From contig NC_090404.1 of NCBI RefSeq assembly GCF_036365525.1, positions 6,262,001 through 6,326,000 of the forward strand: a stretch of DNA of 64,000 nucleotides. The letters run 5' to 3'. Below, in pieces: positions 12,091-23,800 of the stretch. Below the pieces are notes generated by a model. The model made no database searches. It saw only the letters and a program-made list of their open reading frames with translations, and had not been told where the DNA came from. The stretch comes from Heterodontus francisci. Its lineage: Eukaryota. The stretch's first letter is position 1, and each line of letters begins with the position of its first letter. The translations under genes were made by a program, and so were the position numbers.

Positions 12091-12977
12091 ATAGCACATT
12101 TCTGTACACAATCATTTGCCACCAGAACAAAGTCAACTGTCCCAAGGTTTTCTACTTACGACATGAGAATTCTATAATAAATTAAGAATTTAGTCAAAAT
12201 AATATATTTAAATAAGGATTCGAGAAAATTACCCATGTTCATCATAACCTAACAGACCGAATTCTACTAATCCAACATCTAAACTGGTGATGGAATCCCC
12301 TTCAGATCCATGCATAAACATGCTTAGACATACACATTCGCACACAAAGGGGCAAACAGAAGAAGCTAAAGCAAGGGATAGTCGTATTCACACATACATA
12401 AATATTAACCTAAAAAAAAACAAACTTGGAAGACAAATGCAGAATTAAAATATAAATCTCTATTCCAGTACTATGTGTGCACTGAAGCAATATTCTCAGC
12501 GAGAAACTAATATAATTTAAGGGTGTTAAAAGTATTTCCTTCACAAATAACTCAGCAGGATTGGGACTTAAAGTCAATCTTTCACCCTACTCTTTACAGT
12601 CTCCAAACAGATAGCGGTTGAAGCCTAGAATTAAAATAACCAGTATCAATCCGCGAAAGACCATCGTTATCTTACCATCATGTCCCGAATGACAGATGGT
12701 ACAAAATTGATCCATGACAAACGAACATCTGGGATTGGAAAAACATATCACCCATTCCAACATGGCCTTAATGCGGATGATAAAGGAAGGGTGGCTGTGG
12801 ATTTAGCAACATGGATATATTGCCAAGAGTGATCAAATTAACACAAGATATACATTGAAAACTAAATAAGTGAATAAACTGAAACACTACAGAAAATAAA
12901 CAAGATAGGGTAACGATAATATATATCCCAGTCTAACAAACCATCCGAATATATTTCCCTTCTCTACAACCTTGCAG

Positions 12978-13105
12978 ATTACATAAAGCACATCTGGATT
13001 GAAGACCATGAAGAAGAGTTTAACAACATCTGTACAACCGCTGCCACATTCAACATCCTATTCTGCCTGAGTATATTCTACAGCGCTACCGTCACTCTCG
13101 TAAAG
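12978..13105 (+). CDS. IGHM: IgM TM1 exon
   Basis: Acceptor ttgcAG; (D)YIKHIWIEDHEEEFNNICTTAATFNILFCLSIFYSATVTLVK with CART-like motif; donor GTGAG at 13106. Confidence 0.9.
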
Positions 13106-13521
13106 GTGAGAAGATTCAATTTGCTTTCAGTTCGAACTGACTGAAGTAAGTTAAGAACATAAGATATAGGAGCTGGAGTAGGCCATTCGGCCTTTCGAGC
13201 CTGTTCCGGCATTCAGTAAGACCAAGGCTGATCTGATTGTTGCCTTAACTCCACTTTCCTGCCTGCCCCTCATAACCCTTGACTCCCTTGTATCAAAACT
13301 CTATCTAATTCAGCCTTGACTACATTCAATCACCTAGTCTCCAATGCTCCCTGGGGAAGAGAATTCCTAAGATTAATGACCCTCTGAGAGAAGGAATTCT
13401 TCCTCATCTCCGTCTTAAATAGGAGTCAACAAAGATTTCAACGTTTAATTGATTTTTTAAAAACTTAGAAAAACCCGCGGACACAAAATCTCTGCTTCAT
13501 TATTGTATCCCTCTTTTCCAG

Positions 13522-13530
13522 GTCAAGTGA
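13522..13530 (+). CDS. IGHM: IgM TM2 exon (VK*)
   Basis: ctcttttccAG|GTC AAG TGA gives the canonical KVK cytoplasmic tail; AATAAA at 13594 and 13784. Confidence 0.88.
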   Translation, partial: VK

Positions 13531-15340
13531 CCAGTTGAATTCCAGATGCCAGGGATTTTCTTCAATTGTTTATGAACTTCTCTGTGTTCTGAAAATAAAA
13601 TATACCATCTTGGTAAATCTCAAAGTAAAATGCTTTCAGTTAGTAGATCTGAAGCTGTGGATGAAAAAAGCAGACTAACGAGATTCCGCACTTCTGTTTG
13701 AAGTGTCATTAATGTGTGAGATAATCGTTTATAGATTTAAATGTTCCTTAGAGTTTCATTGTTGTTTGAATACTTCATGTGCAAATAAATAGCAGTTCTC
13801 ATTTATTATCCGCAATTGTTCCCTTAACCTTACGTTAAGCCGCTTTTCTCTCTCTCTGGTCTGTTGCTGTTGTACAGATAGCTGGCAGCTCAGATCGCCT
13901 GCGTTCAGTTCTCAGTGTGACGATCGGTTGTTATATCCATTCTGTGTTTACTTCTGTATAAATTGCCCTCGCTGACATTGTTAATATATCTGTAATGACA
14001 AATAAACAAACTTTGCTATGTTCCTTTTTCACCATTGCCTCACCATTTTTTCTATTATATATTTTTATTTTTCTGGAATAGAGGAGTTTTCTGTTGCTCC
14101 TACAAACACCTACTACTGATTCTCTCTCTCTCCCCACGTCTCACATTCCACCTTATCCCTCTGCCTTTAGGAACGTTATTTAGTTTATTTCTGTATTGCT
14201 GCTTTATTTGTTTCTGGTTATGCCTACCTACTTCACTTCCTTTGTTTCTGTATCAAATGACCTCCTTTCCATTTTTTTTTTACCCTGTTAAGAAAAACAA
14301 ATTCTCAACTTTTCTATCTTCGTCACTCTGTTTCTCAATTTATCACATTTTAAAACCTTTTTCCCCTTGTGCATCTAAAAACATAGGAAAAGGAGTAGAG
14401 CAATCAATCTTTTCTGTCTGTTCTTTTATCCAATTAGATCACGGTTGATCTGTACCTTAAATCCATCTATCCGCCTTGATTCTGCACCCTTAATAAACTC
14501 ACCTCACAATAGCAATGCAACAAGCTCGGTTTGGAAAGTTTCAATTGACCCTGACGCAGAGTTATTTTTGCTAGGAGAAATATCCAGTTACTTACTACCC
14601 TTTGTGCTGAGGAATGCTTCCGGACTTCAATGCTGCACTAATCTCAAGGTTATAAAGCCTTTTTTCTGGGCTTCCTCGCCAGAAAGCTTCGTTTCCTCTA
14701 TCTAATCTATCAAATACGTTAATCATCAGAAACACCTCAATTATGCCATTCTTAATCTTTTATTGTCAAGGGGATACAATCCTGGTCTATGTAACCTATC
14801 TTGATAGGTTAATCCTTGAAACCTAATCAATCTCAGTTGCATTCACTCCAAAGCCTAAAGGCAAGGGAACCAAAAACAGGGCTTCTTGGATGACGAGGGA
14901 GAAAGAGATTATGATGAAACAATAAAAAACAAAATGCATGTCAGGTGAATTCTTCATGTGAGAACCAGGCCAAATACAATCGGTTGAGATGGGAAGTGAA
15001 GAGGAAAATAAGACTGGCAAAGAGAGAATATGAGAATAGAATGGCAGTCAAGGGAACCAATTTTTTTCCACTAGCATGCAAATAATAAGCGGTAGTAAGA
15101 GATGGAGTGGGGCAGTGGGGCCCATTAGGGGCAACGAAGGTAATATATGCTTAGAGGCACAGGGCGAGGCCAATATATGTAGCAATGTTCACCAAGGAAG
15201 TGGAATCTGACAAATTATAAGTAGAAGCGGAGAGAGTAGAGGCAATGAATATGGTACAAATGGAGAGGGGCATGGTATTAAAAAGGTTGTCTCTGCGTTT
15301 AGGGTAGATAAGTCAACCGGTCTGGATAGCTTGAATCTCA

Positions 15341-16559
15341 AACAAAAACAAGAAATGCTGGATTCACTCAGCAGGTCTGGCAGCATCTGTGGAAAGAGAA
15401 GCAGAGTTAACGTTTCGGGTCAGTGACCCTTCTTCGGAACTGACAAATATTAGAAAAGTCACAGATTATAAACAAGTGAGGTGGGGGTTGGGCAAGAGAT
15501 AACAAAGGAGAAGGTGCAGATTGGACGAGGCCACATAGCTGACCAAAAGGTCACGGAGCAAAGGCAAACAATATGTTAATGGTGTGTTGAAAGACAAAGC
15601 ATTAGTACAGATTAGGTGTGAATATACTGAATATTGAACATCAGCAAGTGCAAACCTGAAGAAAAACAACCTGAAAAAAACAGTTGGTAAGCAAACTGTA
15701 CAAACTAAGATGAAATGAAATAAATGCAAAAAAAGATTGTAAAAAATGTAAAAAGGAATGCAAAAAAAAAAAGGAAGAAAAAATAACTAAAAATGAAAGT
15801 AAAGTGGGGGGCTGTCATGCTCTGAAATTATTGAACTCAATGTTCAGTCCGGCAGGCTGTAGTGTGCCTAATCGGTAGATGAGATGCTGTTCCTCGAGCT
15901 TGCGTTGATGTTCACTGGAACACTGCAGCAATCCCAGGACAGAGATGTGAGCATGAGAGCAGGGGGGAGTGTTGAAATGGCAAGCAACTGGAAGCTCAGG
16001 GTCCTGCTTGCGGACTGAGCGGAGATGTTCTGCAAAGCGGTCACCCAGTCTGCGCTTGGTCTCCCCAATGTAGAGGAGACCACACTGTGAGCAGCGAATA
16101 CAGTATACTACATTGAAAGAAGTACAAGTAAATCGCTGCTTCACCTGAAAGGAGTGTTTGGGGCCTGGGATAGTGAGGAGAGAGGAGGTAAATGGGCAGG
16201 TATTACACCTCCTGCGATTGCAAGGGAAGGTGCCCTGGGACGGGGACGAGGTGGTGGGGGTAATGGAGGAGTGGACCAGGGTGTCGCGGAGGGAACGATC
16301 CCTTCGGAATGCGGATAGGGGAAGGGAGGGGAAGATGCGACTGGTAGTGGCATCACGCTGGAGGTGGCGAAAATGGCGGAGGATGATCCTTTGGATATGG
16401 AGGCTGGTGGGATGAAAAGTGAGAACAAGGGGAACCCTGTCATGGTTCTGGGAGGGAGGGGAAGGGGTGAGGGTAGAGGTGCGGGGAATGGATCGGACAC
16501 GGTTGAGTGCCCTGTCAACCACAGTGGGGGGAAATCCCCGGTTGAGGAAAAAGGAGGTC
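15341..16559 (-). mobile_element. Penelope-like element 3' part (GIY-YIG endonuclease), left arm of an inverted pair
   Basis: ORF 15815-16567 with CNRRRCNTC and VVYCIRCSQCGLLYIGETKRRLGDRFAEH (GIY-YIG). Confidence 0.88.
15405..15441 (-). ncRNA. Minimal type I hammerhead ribozyme motif in Penelope pLTR
   Basis: AGUU-CCGAAGA-A-GGGUCA c UGACCC-GAAAC-GUU-AACU; related copies at 17693-17729 (+) and 45936-45972 (+, core CUGAUGA). Confidence 0.6.
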
Positions 16560-17828
16560 CATTCCATTCTCCCAGTTTCTCCGTCTCCGACGCATCTGCT
16601 CTGATGATGCTACCTTCCATGACGGTGCTTCTGATATGACCTCCTTTTTCCTCAACCGAGGATTCCCCTCCACTGTTGTTGACAGGGCCCTCAACCGTGT
16701 CCGGCCCATTCCCCGCACCTCTACCCTCACCCCTTCCCCTCCCTCCCAGAACCGTGACAGGGTTCCCCTTGTCCTCACTTTGCACCCCATCAGCCTCCAT
16801 ATCCAAAGGATCATCCTCTGTCATTTCCGCCACCTCCAGCGTGATGCCACTACCAAATGCATCTTTTCCTCCCTTCTCCTGTTAGCATTTCGAAGGGATC
16901 GTTCCCTCCGTGACACCCTGGTCCACTCCTCCATTACCCCCACCACCTCGTCCCCGTCCCATGGCACCTTCCCCTGCAATTGCTGCCCATTTACCTCCTC
17001 CCTCCTCACTATTCAAGGCCCCAAACACTCCTTTCAGGTGAAGCAGCGATTTACTTGTACTTCTTTCAATGTAGTATACTGTATTTGCTGCTCACAATGT
17101 GGTCTCCTCTACACTGGGGAGACCAAATGCAGACTGGGTGACCGCTTTGCAGAACACCCTGAGCTTCCAGCTGCTTGCCATTTCAACACTCCCTCCTGCT
17201 CTCATGCTCACATCTCTGTCCTGGGAATGCTGCAGTGTTCCAGTGAACATCAACGCAAGCTCGAGGAACAGCATCTCATTTACTGATTAGGCACACTACA
17301 GCCTGCCGGACTGAACATTGAGTTCAATAATTTCAGAGCATGACGGGCCCCCCATTTTACTTTCATTTTTAGTTATTTTTTCTTTTTTTCTTTTTTACAT
17401 TTTTTACAATCCTTTTTTTTTGCGTTTATTTCATTTCATCTTAGTTTGTTCAGTTTGCTTACCCACTGTTTTTTTCATGTTTGTACTTGCTGCTGTTCAA
17501 TCTTCAGTCCGTTAACACCCTATCTGTACTAATGCTTTGTCTTTCAACACACCATTAACATATTGTTTGCCTTTGCTCCATGATGTTTTGGTCAGCTATG
17601 TGGCCTTGTCCAATCTACACCTTCTCCTTTGTTATCTCCTGCCCCACCCCGACCTCACTTCTTTATAACATGTGATATTTCTAATATTTGTCAGTTCCGA
17701 AGAAGGGTCACTGACCCGAAACGTGAACTCTGCTTCTCTTTCCACAGATGCTGCCAGATCTGCTGAGTGGTTCCAGCATTTCTTGCTTTTATTTCAGATT
17801 TCCAGCATCCGCAGTATTTTGCTTTTAT
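16560..17828 (+). mobile_element. Penelope-like element 3' part, right arm of the inverted pair
   Basis: ORF 16636-17286 is a diverged mirror copy of the left arm with small deletions. Confidence 0.88.
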
Positions 17829-19038
17829 ATTATATATTATTAAAGCTGATCTAAATTGTCTACATTAGCAAATAAAATTAATTGAAAATGAGCATGTTCT
17901 CCTTCAAAAATTAACGATCCCACTTTATCTTCAGTTGTTAGCCAATATAAATACTTGATGTTTAATAACCTTAATGTATAAATACTGAAAGAATTACAAG
18001 TTAATCAAAGTTTTGCTGACTGCGCCATCAGCAGTAGAACTAACAGAAACATCGCGGCTGGCTCTTTTAAGAGGACCCGGGCTGATTTGCCGTCGTCGCA
18101 GCGCTGAGTAGGAGGTCATAGGCGGCACATAATGGGACTGTTCAGAGCTGGGAGCTGCCTGAAACTGGCCCGTGATGCCTTGACACTGAACCAATTTGGG
18201 GGGGGGGGGGAGGCGGGGGGAGTCAGCCAATCATGCTACTGTGACGTACTGAACGCTTGTGACGTCACAACTGCGGAACAAATCGGTTGGACATCCTTGT
18301 GTGACGTGCGGTCTGCCAAGTTTGTGTGACGGAATGGGGTGGGCATGTCTGCCATTTAATGAAATGAAACAATTAGATTGAAAGGCAGAGTCACTTCAGA
18401 TCATCTAAATAACCGCCCGCTCTTCATCGGCAAAAATGAAAGTTTGTCACGCGAGAAAATAAAGTTATTGTTAAAGCGCTTGATGAGGCGCACATGTGCG
18501 GCCAGTTCTCCCAGAGTGCAGCGCGGTCTGTGCCACGGGTTCGGAGCCTTTCCCAGCTGCTGTGAATTATGGGAGCAGTAGGCCTCCATGGCCCAGTCAT
18601 TGAATGAGTGAATCCGCAACCCAGTCTCCTTCCAGCCGGGAGCTGCCCGGGTTGCTGTTACTGATAGACTGGGTGTCCTGTTGAGTGGAGAGAATCTCTG
18701 AGCAGATTGGAACCGGAATCCGGGAAATCCCATGAGAGGCTGGCAGCTCATCAACACCATTCGTAAAAGACGACTGAACCAAAGAAAAAGATGAAACTCT
18801 ATGTGTTCCTGTGGAAACAAGCGGACAATAAATTTAACCGCAATGCTGAAATGTGACAAGCCAAAAGATGCCTATTTATGGTAAGAAAAGCAATTATTTA
18901 CACAGAAAGAGCTAAGGATGTGGATAACTGCTTGTTTTTAACCTGTGTATTATAGAGGAGGCTCGAGAGAGAGAAAGTAAAGGTTTTGAGAAGCAAGTAT
19001 GAAATTGGACGTGATGTCTGTAATCCCCACCACGTTCA

Positions 19039-19077
19039 GGTTTTTGTACAGCTCTCTCCGTGCTCTGTATCACTGTG
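19039..19077 (-). other. 23-RSS of the supporting Vdelta
   Basis: CACAGTG - 23 nt - ACAAAAACC, perfect consensus. Confidence 0.95.
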
Positions 19078-19382
19078 CTCCACGCCGACTCAGTTCACAG
19101 TAATACACAACGGAGTCACTCAGTTGTAATTTGGAGATTTTTAACCTGCTGATTTTCTCCGCAGTATCAATAGAAGCAGAAATGCATCCCCCGGCTGCGT
19201 TTTCTTCATTCTCCACTCCTGAAGTGTGTCTCTGAAGCAGGTATTTTGGAGCCTGCCCTGGGGACTGACGGTACCAGTGCACTGTGTACTGACAGAACCC
19301 TGAATATTCGCAGCTTAAAGTAACGGTGTCACCGGCAAGAGAGGTTTGTCTTTGGGACTCCGGGACACCAGGGAACTGGAAT
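19078..19382 (-). pseudogene. NARTCR supporting TCR delta V (leaderless, CDR1 Cys), inactivated
   Basis: ..GDTVTLSCEYSGFCQYTVHWYRQSPGQAPKYLLQ..SDSVVYYCELS; acceptor reads tgcGG instead of tgcAG; 1-nt frameshift in FR1; no leader exon nearby. Confidence 0.85.
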
Positions 19383-20894
19383 CCGCAGGATTAAAATGAC
19401 TTTTATTAATTTTTTAGCCGGTGTTTACGCGGAGAAACTTGTCAATCTCAGGAATAGTTATTGTTTTCGCGGTAACTTGCTTCATTTGAAGCCTGTTGGA
19501 AATGTATTCACCGTTATTGAGATATGAACCAGTGTGGAGATGATGTGTATTTTATTTTACACAGCGAGCTGTTATGATCTGGAATGCACTGTCAGAATGG
19601 GTGGTAGAAGCAGATTGATATTAACTTTCAAACAGGAATTGGATAAATGTTGGACCAGGAAACAAATGTACGGGTATGGATGAAAAGCAAGGGCTGCGGG
19701 AACACTTGGACAGCACCTACAAAGATGATGGGCCGAATGACATCCCTCCATGTTGTATGATTCAGAGATTCTATTAAATTTCTGTGTCTATGTTTCTTGG
19801 TGGAAGTAAAACTGGAGGGAACATTTTAATATCAGTGAGACAATCACTTTCCAAAAACTGTTTGTCCGAGAGTAATCAGCTGTGTTTTATCATTACGCAC
19901 AGGAAGATCCAACAGAGAGTAATGAAATTCATCAGCGCAGATTAAGCTAAACTGACAGCGAACATCAGTTGTCAAAGATCAGTTGTTTCCAACAGTTCAA
20001 CACTTTACGAGAGCTCGTGGTTGCCTTTCACTCTATTTGTTTACTTTCTTCCATCAATGGGGCCCATTTTCTCTATTTCTCTTTCATTTGAAAAATCTGC
20101 AATCAGTTTCATTTTATTTCTACATTTAATTTGTGCTGTTTGAGGTTTTTTGCCATCATGGGAACTTGTCCCAAAGTCTCTCAGTTGTCAGTTGGGTTCA
20201 GTTTTTGCTATTTCCGCAGTGATTTTACGTTAATCACTGGGAACTGGCTCTTCCGGCTCACTGACAATTTCAATTCCTTCAGCCCATTGGGTAATTCTCT
20301 CCCGTGTTCTCCGGGCGGAGTTTTCTCTGAGTTTTATATTATACAGAATCTGCTGAACAGGAACAGACCATTCAGCCTAACTGGTCTATACCAGTGTTTG
20401 CACTTCACACAAGCCTCCCCGTGCCCGGACTCTAATTAACCATTTCCTCCTGAACCTTCTGTCGCTCGATTCATTTCTTCCTCCTGTATTTTAATGTCGT
20501 CCCATAAATGCATCAATTCTATCTGCTAGAACCACTGCATGTGACAGAGAGATCCACATTCTGTCCTGTCTCTTGGTAAATGTATTCTTTTTAACTTATT
20601 TGTTCTGTTAGTGCCACCATATGTTGCTGTCTCCTTGTTCTGGACTCACCCACACAAAAAACAGTTTCTCTGCATCCAACCGTCCATAATTTAAAAGGCT
20701 TCCATGGAGTCTCCTCGTTTTTCTCTGTTTTCCGAGGAGAAGAAGCCCAGCCTATTCAAACTTTCCAGATAAATGTGAATGGTTGCTAATCTCTTTTTTC
20801 AGGAGTTCTCGGTTTCTCAGAGGAAAATAAATTCCTCTGAGACACAAAAACTCAACAAGAAAGATGAATCAACCATGGCTATATTAACTGGGTT

Positions 20895-23800
20895 ACTAAC
20901 TGGGATAGTTTTAGTGTGAAAGGAATTGAGGGAGCAGAATTCTTGAGGTACATTCAGGAGAAATGTTTTGCCCAGTTTGTCGCAAGTCGAACAAGAGAGG
21001 GCGCCGTTTTAGACTTAGTTTTAGGAAATGACGATGGGCAGGTGGAAGGAGTGGCAGTGGGAAAGCATTTTGGTGGCACTGATCATAATTTAGTCAGTTT
21101 TAACATAATTATGGTAAAGGACAGAGATGGAACAGGAGTTAGAGTTCACAATTGGGGCAAGGCCAATTTTACTAAACTGAGGAGTGATTTAGCGAAGGCG
21201 GGCTGGAAACAGCTACTTGAAGGAAAATCAGTGTCAGAACAGTGGGAGGCATTCAAAGGGCAGATTCAATGGATTCAGACGAAACATATTCCCACAACGA
21301 GAAAGGGTGAGACAACCGAATCTAGAGCCCCATGGATGTCAATGAGCCTACAGGATAAGATAAGGCAGAAAAGAAAAGATTATGTCCGACTTCATTAAAG
21401 AGGGAAAGTGGGAGAGTTGATTCCGAGATTAGGGTCCTGAATCTAAATAAAGGAAATTATAAAGGTGTGAGGCGTAAGTTCGCTATGATAGAATTGGTAA
21501 CGTTGCTTAAAGGGTGGACAGTGGATAGGCAATGGCTAGCATTTAAAGAGCACATGGATGAATTGCAACAATTGTTCATTCCTGTCTGGCGCAAAAATAA
21601 AACAGGAAGGGTGGCTCAACCGTGGCTTACAAAAGAAATTAAGGATAGTATTACATCCAAGGAGGAGAAATATAAAATGGCCAGAACAGGCAGCAAACCT
21701 GGGGATTGGGAGCAGTTTAGAATTCAGCAAAGGAGGACAAAGGGATTGATTAAGAAGGGGAAAATAGAGTATGAGAGTAAGCTTGCAGAGAACATTAAAA
21801 ACTGACTGTAAAAGATTTTATAGATATGTGAAGAGAAAAAAATTAGTGAAGACAAATGTGGGTCCCTTACAGTCAGAAACGGGGGAATCTATTATGGGGA
21901 ACAAAGAAATGGCAGACCAATTAAATACATACTTTGGTTCTATCTTCACAAAGGAAGACACAAATTACCTCCCAGAAATGTTGGGAAACATAGGGTCGAG
22001 TGAGAAGGAGGAACTGTATGAAATCAGTATTAGTAGGGAAATGGTGTTAGGGAAATTGATGGGATTGAAGGCCGATAAATCCTAATAATCTACATCCCAG
22101 AGTACTTAAGGAAGTGACCCAAGAAATAATAGATACATTGCTGGTCATTTTTCAAAATTCTTTAGACTCTGGAACAGTTGCAACGGATTGGAGGGTAGCT
22201 AATGTAAACCCATTATTTAAAAAAGGAGATAGAGAGAAAACGGAATTATAGACTGGTTAGCCTGACATCAGTAGTGGGGAAAATGCTAGAGTCCATTATA
22301 AAAGATGTAATAGCAGACCACTTGGAAAATAATGACAGGATCGGACAAAGTCAACATGGAGTTACGAAAGGGAAATCATGCTTGACAAATCTACTATAAT
22401 TTTTTGAGGATGTAACTTGTAGAATAGATAAGGGCAAACCTTTGGATGTGGTGTATTTAGACTTTCAGAAGGCTTTCGATAAGGTCCCACATAAGAGATT
22501 AGCGTGCAAAAGTAAAGCACATTGGATTGGGGGTGAGGTACTGACATGGGTAGAAAACTGGTTGGCAGACAGAAAACAAAGAGTAGGAATAAACGGGTCT
22601 TTTTCAGAGTGGCAGGCAGTGACTAGTGGGCTACCACAGGGATCAGTGCTAAGACTCCAGCAATTCACAATATATATTAATAATATAAATGAGGGTATTA
22701 AATATAACATATCCAAGTTTGCAGATGACACAAAGCTGGGTGGGAGTGTGAACTGTGAGGAGGATGCAGAGAAGCTCCAGTGTGATTTGGAGAGGTTGAG
22801 TGAATGGGCAAATGGCAGATGCAATATAATGTGGATAAATGTGAGGTTATCCACTTTGGTGGCAAAAACAGAAAGACAGATTATTATCTGAACAGCGATA
22901 GATTGGGAAAGGGGGAGGTGCAACGAGACCTGGGTGTCCTTGTGCACCAATCGCTGAAAGTAAGCATGCAGGTGCAGCAGGCAGTTAAGAAAGCAAGTGG
23001 TATGTTGGCCTTCATAGAGAGAGGATTCGAGTATAGGAGCAAGGATGTCTTGAGCAGAATTTATAATGGAGAATAGGGAAATGGAGGAGAAACTATACAA
23101 TTACTTTCTGTCCACCTTCCCGGAGGAAGATACAGAAAATCTCCCAGAAATACTGGGGAACGAAGGGACGTGTGCAAATGAGGAACTTAAAGAAATTAGT
23201 ATTAATAAAGAGGTAGTACTCTAAAAATAAACTGGATTGAAGGTTGACAAATCCCCTGGACCAGATGAGCCACATCCCAGAGTGTTGAAGGAGGTGGCAA
23301 AAGCGATCATGGTTGCATTGGTGGTTATCTTCCAAAATTCTTTAGATTCTGGAAAGGTTCCTGCAGACTGGGAAGTATTAAAGGTAACTCCACTATTTAA
23401 GAAAGGAGAGAGAAAACGGGGAACTACAGACCTGTCAGGTTGAAGTCAGTAGTGGGGAAAATGTTACAATCTATTATCAAGGATGTTCTTTTATTCATTC
23501 ATCGGATGTGAGTGTCACTAGGCCAGCATTTATTAACTGCCCATCATTGCCCTTGAACTGAATGGCTTGTTCGGCCATTTCAGTGGTCATTTAAGAGCCA
23601 ACAACATTGCTGTAGGTCCAGAGACACATGTAGGCCAGCACATTTTCTTTCCTAAAGACATTAATGAGCCAGATGGGTTTTTAAAACAATCGACAATGGT
23701 TCCATAGCCACCATTAGACTAGCTTTTTAACTTCGGATTTCGTAATTGAATTTAAATTTCATCAAGTGCCGTGGAGGGATTGGAACCCATGTCTCCAGCA

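Noticed and set aside
2195-13530. Calling the gene IgM1gj outright
   Set aside because: Nurse shark IgM1gj lacks CH2, whereas an intact CH2 exon is present here; orthology needs a sequence comparison I cannot run
14035-14448. Hydrophobic 137-aa ORF
   Set aside because: Low-complexity T/C-rich sequence with non-ATG start
14940-15090. Octamer ATGCAAAT (15076), E-box and Ets-like motif as a candidate IgM 3' enhancer
   Set aside because: The surrounding sequence translates to a decayed CR1 ORF2 (EYENRMAV..NNKR..VDKS), so the motifs are probably incidental
2370-19382. Splicing of the joined IgM VDJ onto the leaderless supporting Vdelta to form a TCR-mu-like chain
   Set aside because: The two are on opposite strands and the supporting V acceptor and frame are broken
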